A stretch of 64,000 nt of DNA from an uncultured virus (IMG/VR IMGVR_UViG_3300026522_000846) (Duplodnaviria; Heunggongvirae; Uroviricota; Caudoviricetes): the IMG/VR virus record IMGVR_UViG_3300026522_000846. The stretch is one strand, 5' to 3'. The translations under genes were made by a program, and so were the position numbers. Each line of letters opens with the position of its first letter. Positions within the stretch are counted from its first letter, which is position 1. Below the pieces are notes generated by a model, which searched no databases, was not told where the DNA came from, and was given only the letters and a program-made list of their open reading frames with translations. Of the stretch, positions 28,407-39,058 are shown in pieces.

Positions 28407-28999
28407 TATTCTTCTTCTCCTATTATGCTGTTAAACAGGTCTAATGCATTTACTGGCGTGGACGATAGTTCACGCCTAGGAACGGGAACCGTTCCACTCA
28501 CTGGCTTGGATCCGTGATCCGAGACATTTGGCGTGGACTCCTGTTCACGCTTTGTTTCATGACACAACGGTTTATCCTCTTCGTTTTCGCGTAGCGATGA
28601 CGAAGAGTTAAAGTTCGTAGAACAAACATCTGTCTTTTTGGTGTGGTGTTTGACTTCACCTTCAGGGACAGTCGTTTCAACCGTTCCTAAAAGTTTCAGG
28701 CAGTATTCCCACAATCCCTTTCGAAGCAAAAGACGCACAACTGATGAACGCCGTCTTGCGTCAAAAGAGGACAGGAATTCGGTCTGCTCATCAGTAAGAG
28801 TTATCCAATAAATCTTCTTTGCATCTTTCGGCACTCTTGCCTCAAGGTCAACGACCGGCATCTGCACAGACTGTCCTGACAAATATGCGTCCAAAACATT
28901 ACGGCACAAGGCTGTCGGCGTGGGACTTCTCAAATTATGGAACAGGCATATCAGATCCCAGTCCTCCGTTATGTTTAAGCTCAAACGAAAGCTAGCCAT
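28406..28999 (-). CDS. Putative ParR-like adaptor with a repeat-derived C-terminal tail
   Basis: Immediately downstream of parM; two possible RHH-like segments. Confidence 0.55.
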   Translation of the reverse strand: MASFRLSLNITEDWDLICLFHNLRSPTPTALCRNVLDAYLSGQSVQMPVVDLEARVPKDAKKIYWITLTDEQTEFLSSFDARRRSSVVRLLLRKGLWEYCLKLLGTVETTVPEGEVKHHTKKTDVCSTNFNSSSSLRENEEDKPLCHETKREQESTPNVSDHGSKPVSGTVPVPRRELSSTPVNALDLFNSIIGEEE

Positions 29000-30159
29000 T
29001 ACTTACCTCTTTTTATCATCTGATAGCGGTACATATAGTACCCTCTGCAATTGGAAAAGCTGAACGGAAGGCTCGTATCGTTCTCATTCCCGGCGAGGAC
29101 TGTAAGTCCGTGTATTCCCGAAAGCATATCTTTGATCTGTGCAAACCTTGACTCACCTGTACCGCCTGTTACGATAAGATACCTGTAGTTCAAAAGGTCA
29201 TCGAACTCCGTCATGAGTCTCTCAACGGATTTATTACATATCAGCTCATTGTTCTTCCGCAGTTCTTTCTCAAACGGTATCTCTTTGGTGGAATGAGTCT
29301 TTCTGTCAAAGTAACGGACTGAACCCTTTTCAAGGAACTTCTGAAATTCAAAAACTTTGAAGTCCGTGCCGTATTCCCTGTTCAGGTTGTCGATCGTTTT
29401 CTGAAATACAGTTTTCATACCTGTATCAAGATAAGTTTTGTGAACGGAATTTACGCCGTTTCGGATGACAAACTCATCTTCCGTATTGAAGCCGATGTCA
29501 TAAACGATAGCAGAACTCGACAGTATCTTCACCCTGTTATTTATCTGCTCTCCATCTTTATCGAATACGGTCGAGAACAGTGTTCCCTGCGGCTGTTCAA
29601 TTACGGAAATATGTTCTTTCGGTACGTTTAGTTCAATGTGCCGATAAACTGAATTTCCGACCTTAATGTCAAAGTTGTATTCGCCTGACAGGGAGCAGAG
29701 CAGCTCATCTTTGTCTGCCCTCGCATACGCTGACGGCAGTCCCGTCTGCACATAGACTTCGTTCTCGGGGTCTGTTCCCTCAAGGCAGATGCCAAGTCCT
29801 GCGGATATGATCGTACGGAAAAGTTCGGTCTGATAACGATATCTCTGGTAGAGATATTCATCAGTCGTCTCATCAAGATCTTTCCTGTCGATCATCTCCT
29901 CGGCAAGAGAGCCTACCGCCCAGAGCTTATGGGTAATGTTGTCTCTCAAAAGAATAGCGTCATGTGCGAGATTGCCAACGATCTTTGACGTTTCAGGTAT
30001 CTCTTTTGCGTAGGATGGAAAAATGCACCCCTTGCGTTCTCCGATAGCCTTTACCGCACTGTACCCGCCGTCTATCGCTATTACTGTCTTGTTCTCCCCG
30101 GCAGAGGGGAACGTCACATCAAATACTCCTGATTGTGTCTTAAATGCCTGTGTTCCCAT
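28999..30159 (-). CDS. parM: ParM/StbA-family actin-like partition ATPase
   Basis: AIDGGYSAVK, QTGLP, EQPQG, YDIGFNT and VTGGTG. Confidence 0.9.
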   Translation of the reverse strand: MGTQAFKTQSGVFDVTFPSAGENKTVIAIDGGYSAVKAIGERKGCIFPSYAKEIPETSKIVGNLAHDAILLRDNITHKLWAVGSLAEEMIDRKDLDETTDEYLYQRYRYQTELFRTIISAGLGICLEGTDPENEVYVQTGLPSAYARADKDELLCSLSGEYNFDIKVGNSVYRHIELNVPKEHISVIEQPQGTLFSTVFDKDGEQINNRVKILSSSAIVYDIGFNTEDEFVIRNGVNSVHKTYLDTGMKTVFQKTIDNLNREYGTDFKVFEFQKFLEKGSVRYFDRKTHSTKEIPFEKELRKNNELICNKSVERLMTEFDDLLNYRYLIVTGGTGESRFAQIKDMLSGIHGLTVLAGNENDTSLPFSFSNCRGYYMYRYQMIKRGK

Positions 30160-30549
30160 TTACATTCCTTTCCTGTGGTTCTAAATTTAGCTCTTCGCAA
30201 TTTTTATGGTTAAAAAGCTAATGCACTTACAAACTTTTTGAAAAAAAATGAAAATTTTTTGCGTAACGAAAAAGAGACGTTCGATTTGAACGTCTCTCAT
30301 TCGTACTAGCTATTCATCAACATATTGAGAAGGATTGGTGCAACACCCGCGGGGTATAGGTGTTGCTCGTAAACTATTGATACTGCAAACTTCTGAAAAA
30401 TGCAATACCAAACTGAACAAATTTTCCCTGTATGAAAAAACGCTCCCTGTGAGTTCTAGCAGAGAGCGTTTCTGACGGAGTGTCAAGTCAAACTCCAATA
30501 ACCAAAGCAAAGGAATTTGTGACGCATTGAATATACCACGTTTTTGTGA

Positions 30550-30690
30550 AATTACAAGAGTTTGTTACAAGAGTTTGCTACAGGGTTTGTTACAAAGTTT
30601 GAAACAAGGTTTAAGTAGAACTTGAAACAAAGTTTGAAATAGAGTTTGAGACAAAGTTTAAGGATAGGTTGAAGGACAGGTTAGAGGACT
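30550..30690. repeat. Degenerate 12-13-nt tandem repeats (candidate centromere or iterons)
   Basis: TTACAAGAGTTTG, GAAACAAAGTTT and related units, about 11 copies. Confidence 0.7.
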
Positions 30691-30785
30691 CTTTGGTAGC
30701 TGTTCCCTTGGTTAGGGTTAAAACGAGCTTGTAGAGTGGATGGGGAAACATGGTGTAGGCACAGGTGTAGAAACGAGTCTGAAAA

Positions 30786-30843
30786 AATGCGGTTTTGAAT
30801 TGGTACATATAGAAAACTCACTTTTTGCACAAGATTTCCGAAA
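30786..30843 (+). repeat. 58-bp inverted repeat, left copy
   Basis: 56/58 identical to the reverse complement of 33012-33069. Confidence 0.93.
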
Positions 30844-30870
30844 ACATTTCGTTAGTTCGTTAAAGTGCCG

Positions 30871-31491
30871 TCAATCCTTATTATCAGACTCGAAGTATGC
30901 TATTTTATCCCATTCCCCATCATATTTCGCCCTATACATATTCAGGAGCTTATCGACATAGCGGATAAGTTTCAGTCCCTTTTTCTTTGCCCCATCCTTT
31001 ATCGCATTTATTTCTGCTTCCGTCAGATAGATCGTGAGCTGTTTACCGCCATGAAGCGGTTTATAGTCATCTATGGTGAGCATTGTTTTCTCGCTGTTCA
31101 GCACGGGTGTCATTTCGTGTATCACATCCTGAACCACCTGATAGACCGTCTTATCGTTCCTGACCGCATAGGTGTTTAACCAAAATCTGTTCTTCTCGGA
31201 TATTCGAAGCTGATAAACATACTGCGTCTCTCCGTCTTTCGTCTTTCCGTTAGACCGCCTTTCATGCGGAAGAGATTTGTCTTCAGTCTCTGACTTTTTG
31301 CTTTCGTTGTGCAACGACATATTGTTGGTTTTTTGCAACGACATGTCGTTGCTTTTCTGCAACGATATGTCGTTGGTCTTGTGGAAGATGTCAGAAGCGG
31401 GAGTGTCATCCGCTTCGAGTTCTATTTTCGCCCTGCTTGCGTTGTTTTTGACCTTGGCAGCAAGTGTATCTTTCGGATTACCTTTCATCAT
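30871..31491 (-). CDS. Putative ParA partner (DNA-binding) protein
   Basis: Overlaps the parA stop; three 8-aa (24-nt) repeats TNDISLQK / SNDMSLQK / TNNMSLHN. Confidence 0.6.
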   Translation of the reverse strand: MMKGNPKDTLAAKVKNNASRAKIELEADDTPASDIFHKTNDISLQKSNDMSLQKTNNMSLHNESKKSETEDKSLPHERRSNGKTKDGETQYVYQLRISEKNRFWLNTYAVRNDKTVYQVVQDVIHEMTPVLNSEKTMLTIDDYKPLHGGKQLTIYLTEAEINAIKDGAKKKGLKLIRYVDKLLNMYRAKYDGEWDKIAYFESDNKD

Positions 31492-32252
31492 TCCCCTATC
31501 CTTTCCAGTATCTCTCCCGCTACGTTTCCGTAAAACTTTGTTATCGGATCCTTTTCGGGAAGATATTCCTCAACAAATGTCGCCATCGCCTTTATCTCAC
31601 CAAACCTGTTCGTGTTCGTGATTATCTGTTTGAATGGTCGGCAGTCGAGGTCTTTCGACAGGTCATTCAACTGCTCATACATTACCTTGGTAAGATTAGT
31701 ATTGGGTTTTGCTATGGTAAGAAGCGATCCCAAGAACTTTATCCCGCAGTCCTTATAGTGCCTTTGGAACACCCTCACATCCTTGTTCATTTCCACTATG
31801 CCGTTTATTCCATCCTGATCAGGGTTCGTTACGGCAAGGATATAGTCGGATGCCAGATATTCCATGTAGTAGATGACTGACCTTTGAGCAGGACTGTCAA
31901 TGAGCGTAAAGTCATAATCGTCTGTTTCATTCAGTGCGTCTGACAGTCTGAAGTAATCGTTCGGGTCTGTATAGATCTTCGCAGCGTCACTCATTTTCGC
32001 ATCGCCCGGCAGTATGTCAAAGAAGTCACCGTGACGCACGGCATCTCCTATCGGCGTGTCCTCATCCAGAACATTCTTTACGGTCGGCATTCCCTTTTCG
32101 TAATCGTTGGCATAATTCGTAATGTTCATGGACGGATCGAAATCAACGACAAGCACACGATACCCACGCTTATTCAGATTGTACGCAAGCTCGATGGTCG
32201 TTGTCGTCTTTGCAACTCCGCCCTTTTGGTTGGCTATCATTATTTTTATCAT
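31488..32252 (-). CDS. parA: ParA/Soj-family partition ATPase
   Basis: NQKGGVAKTTT, VDFDP and LIDSP. Confidence 0.93.
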   Translation of the reverse strand: MIKIMIANQKGGVAKTTTTIELAYNLNKRGYRVLVVDFDPSMNITNYANDYEKGMPTVKNVLDEDTPIGDAVRHGDFFDILPGDAKMSDAAKIYTDPNDYFRLSDALNETDDYDFTLIDSPAQRSVIYYMEYLASDYILAVTNPDQDGINGIVEMNKDVRVFQRHYKDCGIKFLGSLLTIAKPNTNLTKVMYEQLNDLSKDLDCRPFKQIITNTNRFGEIKAMATFVEEYLPEKDPITKFYGNVAGEILERIGE

Positions 32253-32474
32253 TCATGTCACCCCGCTTTCTCAATTCTTGTGTGTTCTATCTTATCATAG
32301 TGACTAATTTATTTTTCACCAAAAATACAGTTTGTTTTGTCATTACTTTTGTCAGGATTTATCAAATACGCATTTTTTGCACAAGCTATCCTGAACGTAT
32401 AGGTCACTTTGACTCCGCGTTCTGCCATTACCGTATCACATGTATGCGGTAGATTTGTAATGCAGGTAATCATA

Positions 32475-32573
32475 TTCATCATGTTCACGTTGCTCATGTT
32501 ATTCATCTTATTCGTACTTTTCATCTCGTTCGCATTGTTTATCTCATTCGTATTGTTTATCACGTTTGTGACG
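32475..32573. repeat. About 11 degenerate 9-nt tandem repeats upstream of parA
   Basis: TTCATCATG TTCACGTTG CTCATGTTA TTCATCTTA TTCGTACTT TTCATCTCG ... Confidence 0.65.
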
Positions 32574-33011
32574 AACAGGTTGAAAGTGCAAACAATGTTG
32601 CCAAGGTATTAAACCTAGGTTGAATGTGCTATGTGATATGAGTAAAGCAGAATGCAAAGAGGGAATGGGTATGCAATAGGAGAAGAGTGTACCACATAGA
32701 GAATGTAGAATGGAGATAACGCAAGTCGTAAGAGAAACATATATTACTAGCTTGTTAGGTAATTTAGGTGTTTAAGGAATTTTGGGGGATTTGGGATAAT
32801 CAGGTAAAGTGAGCAGTTCAGATAGTTTGCATTATGCTAATAGGACATCTCAATTTGATAGGAAGTGAGATAAGTAAAGCAAGAAATACAAATGCAGAAA
32901 GTCGGTAACAAACGTAATAAATGGTAAATCACTAACAAGCTTTATAGGTAAGCCATACTTCGCATACTGTCTGAATTATTCACAAGTTGTTCATACGATT
33001 TACGAAAAAAG

Positions 33012-33069
33012 TTTCGGAAATTTTGTGCAAAAAGTGAGTTTTCTATATGTACCAATTCAAACCCGCATT
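33012..33069 (-). repeat. 58-bp inverted repeat, right copy
   Basis: See 30786-30843. Confidence 0.93.
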
Positions 33070-33310
33070 CTCTCATGCTTTTCATACCCATACTTCCACT
33101 CTCCCTATACACCCCATCTTCAATCCACCCAATCCATTCAAGCACACTATCTTCCATCTACCCTATCCTCTAAACCCTGTCAAACACTTTCCTACCCCTT
33201 TCCCATACATCCTATCCATCAGGTAATTATGTCATTCAGCCTGTTAAGTCAGAATTTTTATCTTTTACGTTTTATTCATAAAACTGTCAGAAACAAATTT
33301 CAGGTGAAAG

Positions 33311-36300
33311 GTGTTTAACATGGCAGACAAGGATAAAAGTTTATTAGATGGTCAGATGGTAAGTAATGGTGCATCCATGTTAGGAGAGTCCTACATGGAT
33401 CGTAACCTTGGAGATCTGGGAGAGAAACATGAGGAAATAGATCCTGATGGTAACCGTCAGTTAAAGGGTTCAAACGATGGTTCTCTTGTAGGATCAGGAT
33501 TTCAGGAAATATTTAATCTTACTACGTTTGGTAATCAGTTCACTTTTAACAGTGATGTATATAACCGTGGTGAGGATGAGAGACAGTATGCTACAGACTT
33601 CATCAAAGAGCAGGAATCTTTAGGGAACAACGTCTATGACGAGATGAAGAAGATGTACCACCCTGAAGCAAAGGATATGGAGGACACCTGCGGATTCAAC
33701 AGTGCGTCATTCCGCTCCTTTGCAAACGGGCAAGCTCCTGCAAGTGAAGCCAACATGATGACGAGCGAACAGGCGGACATCGCATTCCGACACAGACAGG
33801 AGATACAGCAGAACAACGGCATTCTTGACGTCAGTAGTCTCACAAAGGCAGAACAGGCAACGATGTCATCTGCGGTCGTGATGTCTCAATGGGCAACGAA
33901 CGACAGGTCATCAGGCGTAGGTTATCTTACGGACAAGAGAAATCTGTCGTCTTCTGACGGGTACAAGGCAGCCGTTGATTATACCAAAAACAACGGCATT
34001 ACCACGATAAAGTTTTCCGACCGTCAGATGGACATTATGAATCAGCACGGTCGTGACATTCAGCGGTTCAATGACCAGAGGACACAGGGTGCAAGGATCT
34101 GGGAGCGGATCGAAGCGGAGACAAAGGCATATCAGAAAAGAACTCACCCTGAATTAAATGACAGCGACTTATCAGATTCCTTTGACGGCAACAAACTGCT
34201 TCGTGATATGGTTCGTCCGGCGATCACCAAGAAAGAAGCGTATGAGCGTGCCGAGACCGAGTATATGTCACAAAATGGCATAGTTGACAAGGCACTTCTT
34301 GCTGACTCCGATGTCGAGATAATAAAGGGGAATGCAAAATCTATCCTGAATACTGAAAACAGGGGAGTGTGTAATGACGCATATGCTCTGAACCCCGTGT
34401 TGCAGGGAATTTCCGACCTTGGACGACAGTATGCAAAGGAAAAGGGAGAGGAGACAAGTCTTTCAAGCACTCACAGAGTCAAAAACAGAAGTGGCAGGAG
34501 ATATGAAGCCAGACGTGCCGTGATTGAGCGGACACAGGACGGGGGCGATAACTTTGTCGGACAGGAGATGGTCGACCGCCGTCGGAAGATAAGTTCCGCA
34601 AGGCGAAAGCTTGAAACGGCACAATCGGCACACGACCTTATGCGTTCTGCGGTCGCCGATCAGCGTCTTAAGAACTTTGACAAGAGGGAAGAAAAGAGAA
34701 GCGACCTCCGGGAGAGCATTCAGGGAAAGAAAGACGAACTGGACAAACTTCGCAGTAAAGGTGTCCTTACCGACAAAGAAAAAAGACAGCTTGACTCTCT
34801 TGAAAAGGGGATAGCAAAAGACAAGCAGAGCATAAAGAACATCAATAAAAAGAACCATACCGCACTCCTTGATGAAAAGGGCAAGGGGAATTACAGGGAA
34901 GTTCTTGAACGCAATAAGAAGAACGCCGAACAGCTTGCGAAGATACATCACGAACATCACGCTGCCTTACGAAACAGACAATTTGCCGACATGGCAGGTG
35001 CAAAGGGATTACAGAGCGTTCATGCCGAAGAGCGAATACTTAATAACAAGCGTAACGACATCAAAGAGTCCATGCGGGATGCAAGGATTTCTACCACCCG
35101 AAAGTCCCTGACGGAAAAAGCCAAGACGAACACCAAGGAAGCCGAAAAGGCAAAGAAAAAGCTTGATGGGCTTAATGTGCGGGAAGAGAAAAGAAAGAAG
35201 AAAAAGGAGTCCTCGTCAAGGATAAGTTCGAGAAAAGGAAGGAACTCTGACAAAGATAACAGATTTGAGGGATATCTTGCCGGATTACAGAACAAGATGC
35301 ATAACAACAGGCTTGCCCGGTTCTACAGGAAGTACAGTCCCAGATACAGGCTCAGACAGTTAGGGAGAAGGATAAGGGCAAATGTTGCCAAAAAACTCAA
35401 ATTGGATGTTGCGAAAAAGGCAATAGGAGAACTCCTGAAGAAATTACTCATAGCTTTACTGCCTCTCTTTATCATTCTTTTTCTGGTCGTCATAATCGCA
35501 GTAGTGATATGTCTTATCTGCATCATGGTGGGCGGATCCGATGCTACAAAGGGCAATCCCAAGAACGAAGACGAACTCGCTCCGAACTACTATCAGGCGA
35601 CCGTTACGGCATTACAGGACTATCAGAAAAGCTACCTTGACTATTACTCTGACTCCGCAAAGAAAGCTGCGGAGGGGCAGGCTGACAGTATAGCACAGAA
35701 ATATTCGGGCTATCTCGGTACAGGTACGGTCACGGTGGATAAAGCAAATGTACGTTCCATAACGAATGAGTACGGTGAGAGTTCATCCGATATATCAGAC
35801 ACCTTGCAGGCACTTACGATGGCAAGAGTCAGGTTCATGGGAACATCGCTTGCAAAAGATGACGAAACGACAAGCGACACCATCACGAACATGGCTCTCT
35901 ATATGACGGCTCTCTGGGTTGGAGATGAGAAGAACGACTATATCAAAGGTCTTGCAAAAAATCATGGCGGTACGACAGGTCTGAACCATCAGATAGTTGT
36001 CAATCCCGCATACAACAATGATTCGGGAGACAGTATATATTCGCATAACTCTCAAGGCGGTCTCAAAGATGACGAGGGTAATCAGTACAGCTATATCTAC
36101 ACGAACTATGGTGAACTTGATGACAGCACAAGGGAAGCGTGCGACAACATTTGGTACAAGGATGCAAGCGGAAATGTGCAGAGAAACCCTGCGAACATCA
36201 CATGGTCGAAGAATAACTACGGCAACAATGGTGACGGCACGTCTCCGAGTTCAATAAGCGTTGGTAATCCCAAGATATTGAATGCGGTAGTAACAACGGA

Positions 36301-37894
36301 AAAACAAAATCAGGTGGAAAAAACCGAGACTGTATCTGCACAGTTAAAGAGCAGTGCTCATAGCGTATCTTTGTCATCTATACAGTCAGAAGACAATAAA
36401 AACGGAGACCATTTCTTCCGTGTTCCTATGAACGAAACATCATGGAGCGGAATAAAGTCGGGAGATATAGTCGTAATTCAGGACGGCAGTAACTACATCC
36501 CTGTAAAGATAGGACTTGTTGCCCAGAAGAAGGCAAGCAAAAACTTTGACGCTCATACCAACTACCACTATACAAGTGCGAACGCAAGTGATGTGGCAAG
36601 CGGGAAAACAGACTCTGCCTCAATGTCAGGTGATGCGAAAAACATCATAAAAGCCGACGGATGCGGTGCCTTCTCATTGGGTAGTACAACAAACAAAAGT
36701 CTTGAGTGGACTGACACATGGTCTGATGAGAAATCGATCGCCATATCGGGATCCGACCTTAAATGGGATAAGAACTCGAACACTTTCACGATGGCTGACG
36801 GAAGTCCCATTAGTCTGCCAAACGAAGCACATAAGAGAGGCAGAGTGACCGTCACATGGCAGGACGGTGGAAGAGACGGCGGTCGTATCATTCCGCAGAT
36901 GGACATCTTTTATGTGCAGGACATTCAGAACCTTATAAAGTCAGACAACTGGAAAACAGGTGACACACTTCCCGAAAGCAAGTCGGGCGGTATATTCAAG
37001 AAGCACAAGAAACAGCTTGAAGCCGTGTTTGGTAAAGGGTTCAATCCGGGAAATGACAACAAGTCTTATAAGCTCTCTTTCCCTGCCGTTGATGAAGAGG
37101 ATAAAGACCCCGATAAGGATGTGTCTTACGAAGGCGGATGCGTGTTCTGGAACAAAGAGGCATATTCCCTCGACTCACCGTGGTACGACCAGTCCGACAG
37201 AAAGTCATGGCTTGATGCAAATCACCCCGAAATGGATGAGGACACCAAAACGAGAAAATCAGATGTCAATACTTTTGTCAGTATGGCGTGCGACATCGCA
37301 GGCGACAGATCTAAAGGCTACAAAGATGGTACTGACTACTGGAAAGAATTCGATGTCAAGATAAGTCAGGGCAACGTGAATGGCGGATTTTCAGACGCAC
37401 AGATAAACAAAATGATGGCAGGTATGTCACAGGCTGATATATCGGGCATAAACTCACAGCTTGGAGGACAGATACCGCCGGGTGTTCAGTCGATGACAGC
37501 ATACGCTCTCGGCCGTGTAGGACAGCCTTATGTCTGGGGAGCGTCCAATGAAAGTGCAGCGGATTGTTCCGGTTTCATATCGTGTATCTGGCGACATCAG
37601 GGATATATGGGTTCAGGAAGATATGATACAAGGTCTCTCGCAGGTCTTGGTCAGACATGGGGAGAAAACGACAGACTACCCGCAGGTTCGGTACTTGTCA
37701 ATCCCGGTGTGCATACAGTCTATGTTGCGGGTTGGAACGAAGCTACGCAGAAATATGTCGTGATCGAAGCCATGTGCGATAAGTACGGCATAGTGGTGTC
37801 GGACGGTACGGCAGGAAGAAAACTTCGTAATACATCACAGGAAGCACTGCATAAAGAATTTCCGATCGTCATCACAAAATACTGCACCCAGTGA
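33311..37894 (+). CDS. Large membrane protein with a C-terminal NlpC/P60 cell-wall hydrolase (conjugation-associated)
   Basis: Coiled/basic N-terminus, central TM helix, GQPYVWGA...DCSGF...HTVY. Confidence 0.85.
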   Translation: MFNMADKDKSLLDGQMVSNGASMLGESYMDRNLGDLGEKHEEIDPDGNRQLKGSNDGSLVGSGFQEIFNLTTFGNQFTFNSDVYNRGEDERQYATDFIKEQESLGNNVYDEMKKMYHPEAKDMEDTCGFNSASFRSFANGQAPASEANMMTSEQADIAFRHRQEIQQNNGILDVSSLTKAEQATMSSAVVMSQWATNDRSSGVGYLTDKRNLSSSDGYKAAVDYTKNNGITTIKFSDRQMDIMNQHGRDIQRFNDQRTQGARIWERIEAETKAYQKRTHPELNDSDLSDSFDGNKLLRDMVRPAITKKEAYERAETEYMSQNGIVDKALLADSDVEIIKGNAKSILNTENRGVCNDAYALNPVLQGISDLGRQYAKEKGEETSLSSTHRVKNRSGRRYEARRAVIERTQDGGDNFVGQEMVDRRRKISSARRKLETAQSAHDLMRSAVADQRLKNFDKREEKRSDLRESIQGKKDELDKLRSKGVLTDKEKRQLDSLEKGIAKDKQSIKNINKKNHTALLDEKGKGNYREVLERNKKNAEQLAKIHHEHHAALRNRQFADMAGAKGLQSVHAEERILNNKRNDIKESMRDARISTTRKSLTEKAKTNTKEAEKAKKKLDGLNVREEKRKKKKESSSRISSRKGRNSDKDNRFEGYLAGLQNKMHNNRLARFYRKYSPRYRLRQLGRRIRANVAKKLKLDVAKKAIGELLKKLLIALLPLFIILFLVVIIAVVICLICIMVGGSDATKGNPKNEDELAPNYYQATVTALQDYQKSYLDYYSDSAKKAAEGQADSIAQKYSGYLGTGTVTVDKANVRSITNEYGESSSDISDTLQALTMARVRFMGTSLAKDDETTSDTITNMALYMTALWVGDEKNDYIKGLAKNHGGTTGLNHQIVVNPAYNNDSGDSIYSHNSQGGLKDDEGNQYSYIYTNYGELDDSTREACDNIWYKDASGNVQRNPANITWSKNNYGNNGDGTSPSSISVGNPKILNAVVTTEKQNQVEKTETVSAQLKSSAHSVSLSSIQSEDNKNGDHFFRVPMNETSWSGIKSGDIVVIQDGSNYIPVKIGLVAQKKASKNFDAHTNYHYTSANASDVASGKTDSASMSGDAKNIIKADGCGAFSLGSTTNKSLEWTDTWSDEKSIAISGSDLKWDKNSNTFTMADGSPISLPNEAHKRGRVTVTWQDGGRDGGRIIPQMDIFYVQDIQNLIKSDNWKTGDTLPESKSGGIFKKHKKQLEAVFGKGFNPGNDNKSYKLSFPAVDEEDKDPDKDVSYEGGCVFWNKEAYSLDSPWYDQSDRKSWLDANHPEMDEDTKTRKSDVNTFVSMACDIAGDRSKGYKDGTDYWKEFDVKISQGNVNGGFSDAQINKMMAGMSQADISGINSQLGGQIPPGVQSMTAYALGRVGQPYVWGASNESAADCSGFISCIWRHQGYMGSGRYDTRSLAGLGQTWGENDRLPAGSVLVNPGVHTVYVAGWNEATQKYVVIEAMCDKYGIVVSDGTAGRKLRNTSQEALHKEFPIVITKYCTQ

Positions 37895-37906
37895 TGAGAT
37901 GAAAAA

Positions 37907-37957
37907 CGTTCGCTCTACGAGCTTTAACTCTGAATCTTTGCAAGGCAAAGATTCAGA
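37907..37957. repeat. Family-B unit, intergenic, possibly acting as a terminator
   Basis: GTTCGCTCTACGAGCTTTAACTCTGAATCTTTGCAAGGCAAAGATTCAGA. Confidence 0.85.
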
Positions 37958-38071
37958 AAATAAAAAAATATTAAAAAATCCTGCTGTCTGAAATTAATTT
38001 TAACCATAAAAACAATGTAATGAGATTTTGGGAGATAGAAGAAGTCTCCCCGCAAATGAAAGGAAAAAAGT

Positions 38072-39058
38072 ATGAACTATTGTATGACAGGACTCAACGA
38101 GTATGGACTTATGGCTGTTGCAGGAACAGTCAAGGAGGTAAAGGATAACGTCGTTACCCTTACCGTAACTGAAAACATGAAGCAGGCTGATGGCAAATGG
38201 GCTGACGTACAGCGCACCATAGAGTGCGATGTTACAAAGGCAGGCGGAGCAGACGGCGTTGAAAAGGGCATGGACTTCTGTGCTCTCGGACACGGCATTC
38301 CCACAGAGGGTGGAAACATGGAGATGACCGCAAAGGCTTTCGGTACAGGCAATTGCAGAATTGAGGTAACAGAGCAGGGAACAGGACGTTCCAAGACTCC
38401 CGATGGCAAATGGGAAGAGAAGAAAGCACCGTATGTTTTCGGAATGGTAATGGGTGACGCACTCTATCAGACAGGCTCTACAAAGAACGGAGCGGATATG
38501 CTTACCGCCCAGTTCCATATTGAAGAACCTTATGAGCATGACGGTGAGACAGAGAATGTTCTTGTTTCCGATAAGGTAAAGTTCATGGCAAGAAGCGATG
38601 AAGCATCCAAGGCACAGTTCAACAGATATGTAAACTGCCTTGAAAAGGCTTGCGATAAGGCAGGTCTTGAGATGGCAACAGGAGCACAGCATAAGTTCGA
38701 ACGTCATCCGTTCAAGTCTGTATTCGTGTTCCGTGAGGATGCTGAAAAGTATAAGGCAAATAGGTTTGCACAGATACAGTCCTTTACCGCAGAAGAGGGC
38801 GTTAATCAGGGAAATACATATTATTACCGTTCCGAGTTCATGTATAGACCTGACTTTGCAAACTTTGGACGCCCGGACATAGAAGCGATAAAAGCGAGAG
38901 AAGAGAGCGTCAAGGCTTATAACGACGATAAGACTATCGAGGAAACACCTGTAGAGAGCAAGGACGGTTTCGTTCCCGCTACCCACGAGGTAGAAGACCT
39001 CTTCGATCCGAGCATTAATCCATTTGAGGTTCCCGGCATGGACTATAGCGATAAATAA
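38072..39058 (+). CDS. Hypothetical protein, possibly an OB-fold ssDNA-binding protein
   Basis: Beta-rich with an acidic tail EDLFDPSINPF; function inferred only. Confidence 0.6.
   Translation: MNYCMTGLNEYGLMAVAGTVKEVKDNVVTLTVTENMKQADGKWADVQRTIECDVTKAGGADGVEKGMDFCALGHGIPTEGGNMEMTAKAFGTGNCRIEVTEQGTGRSKTPDGKWEEKKAPYVFGMVMGDALYQTGSTKNGADMLTAQFHIEEPYEHDGETENVLVSDKVKFMARSDEASKAQFNRYVNCLEKACDKAGLEMATGAQHKFERHPFKSVFVFREDAEKYKANRFAQIQSFTAEEGVNQGNTYYYRSEFMYRPDFANFGRPDIEAIKAREESVKAYNDDKTIEETPVESKDGFVPATHEVEDLFDPSINPFEVPGMDYSDK

Noticed and set aside
32309..32563. Asn/Met-rich 84-aa ORF
   Set aside because: Explained by the 9-nt tandem repeat; no clear RBS. Treated as non-coding, though not excluded.
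38000..38986. 328-aa minus-strand ORF
   Set aside because: Antisense shadow of 38072..39058, which has the RBS and the upstream motif.
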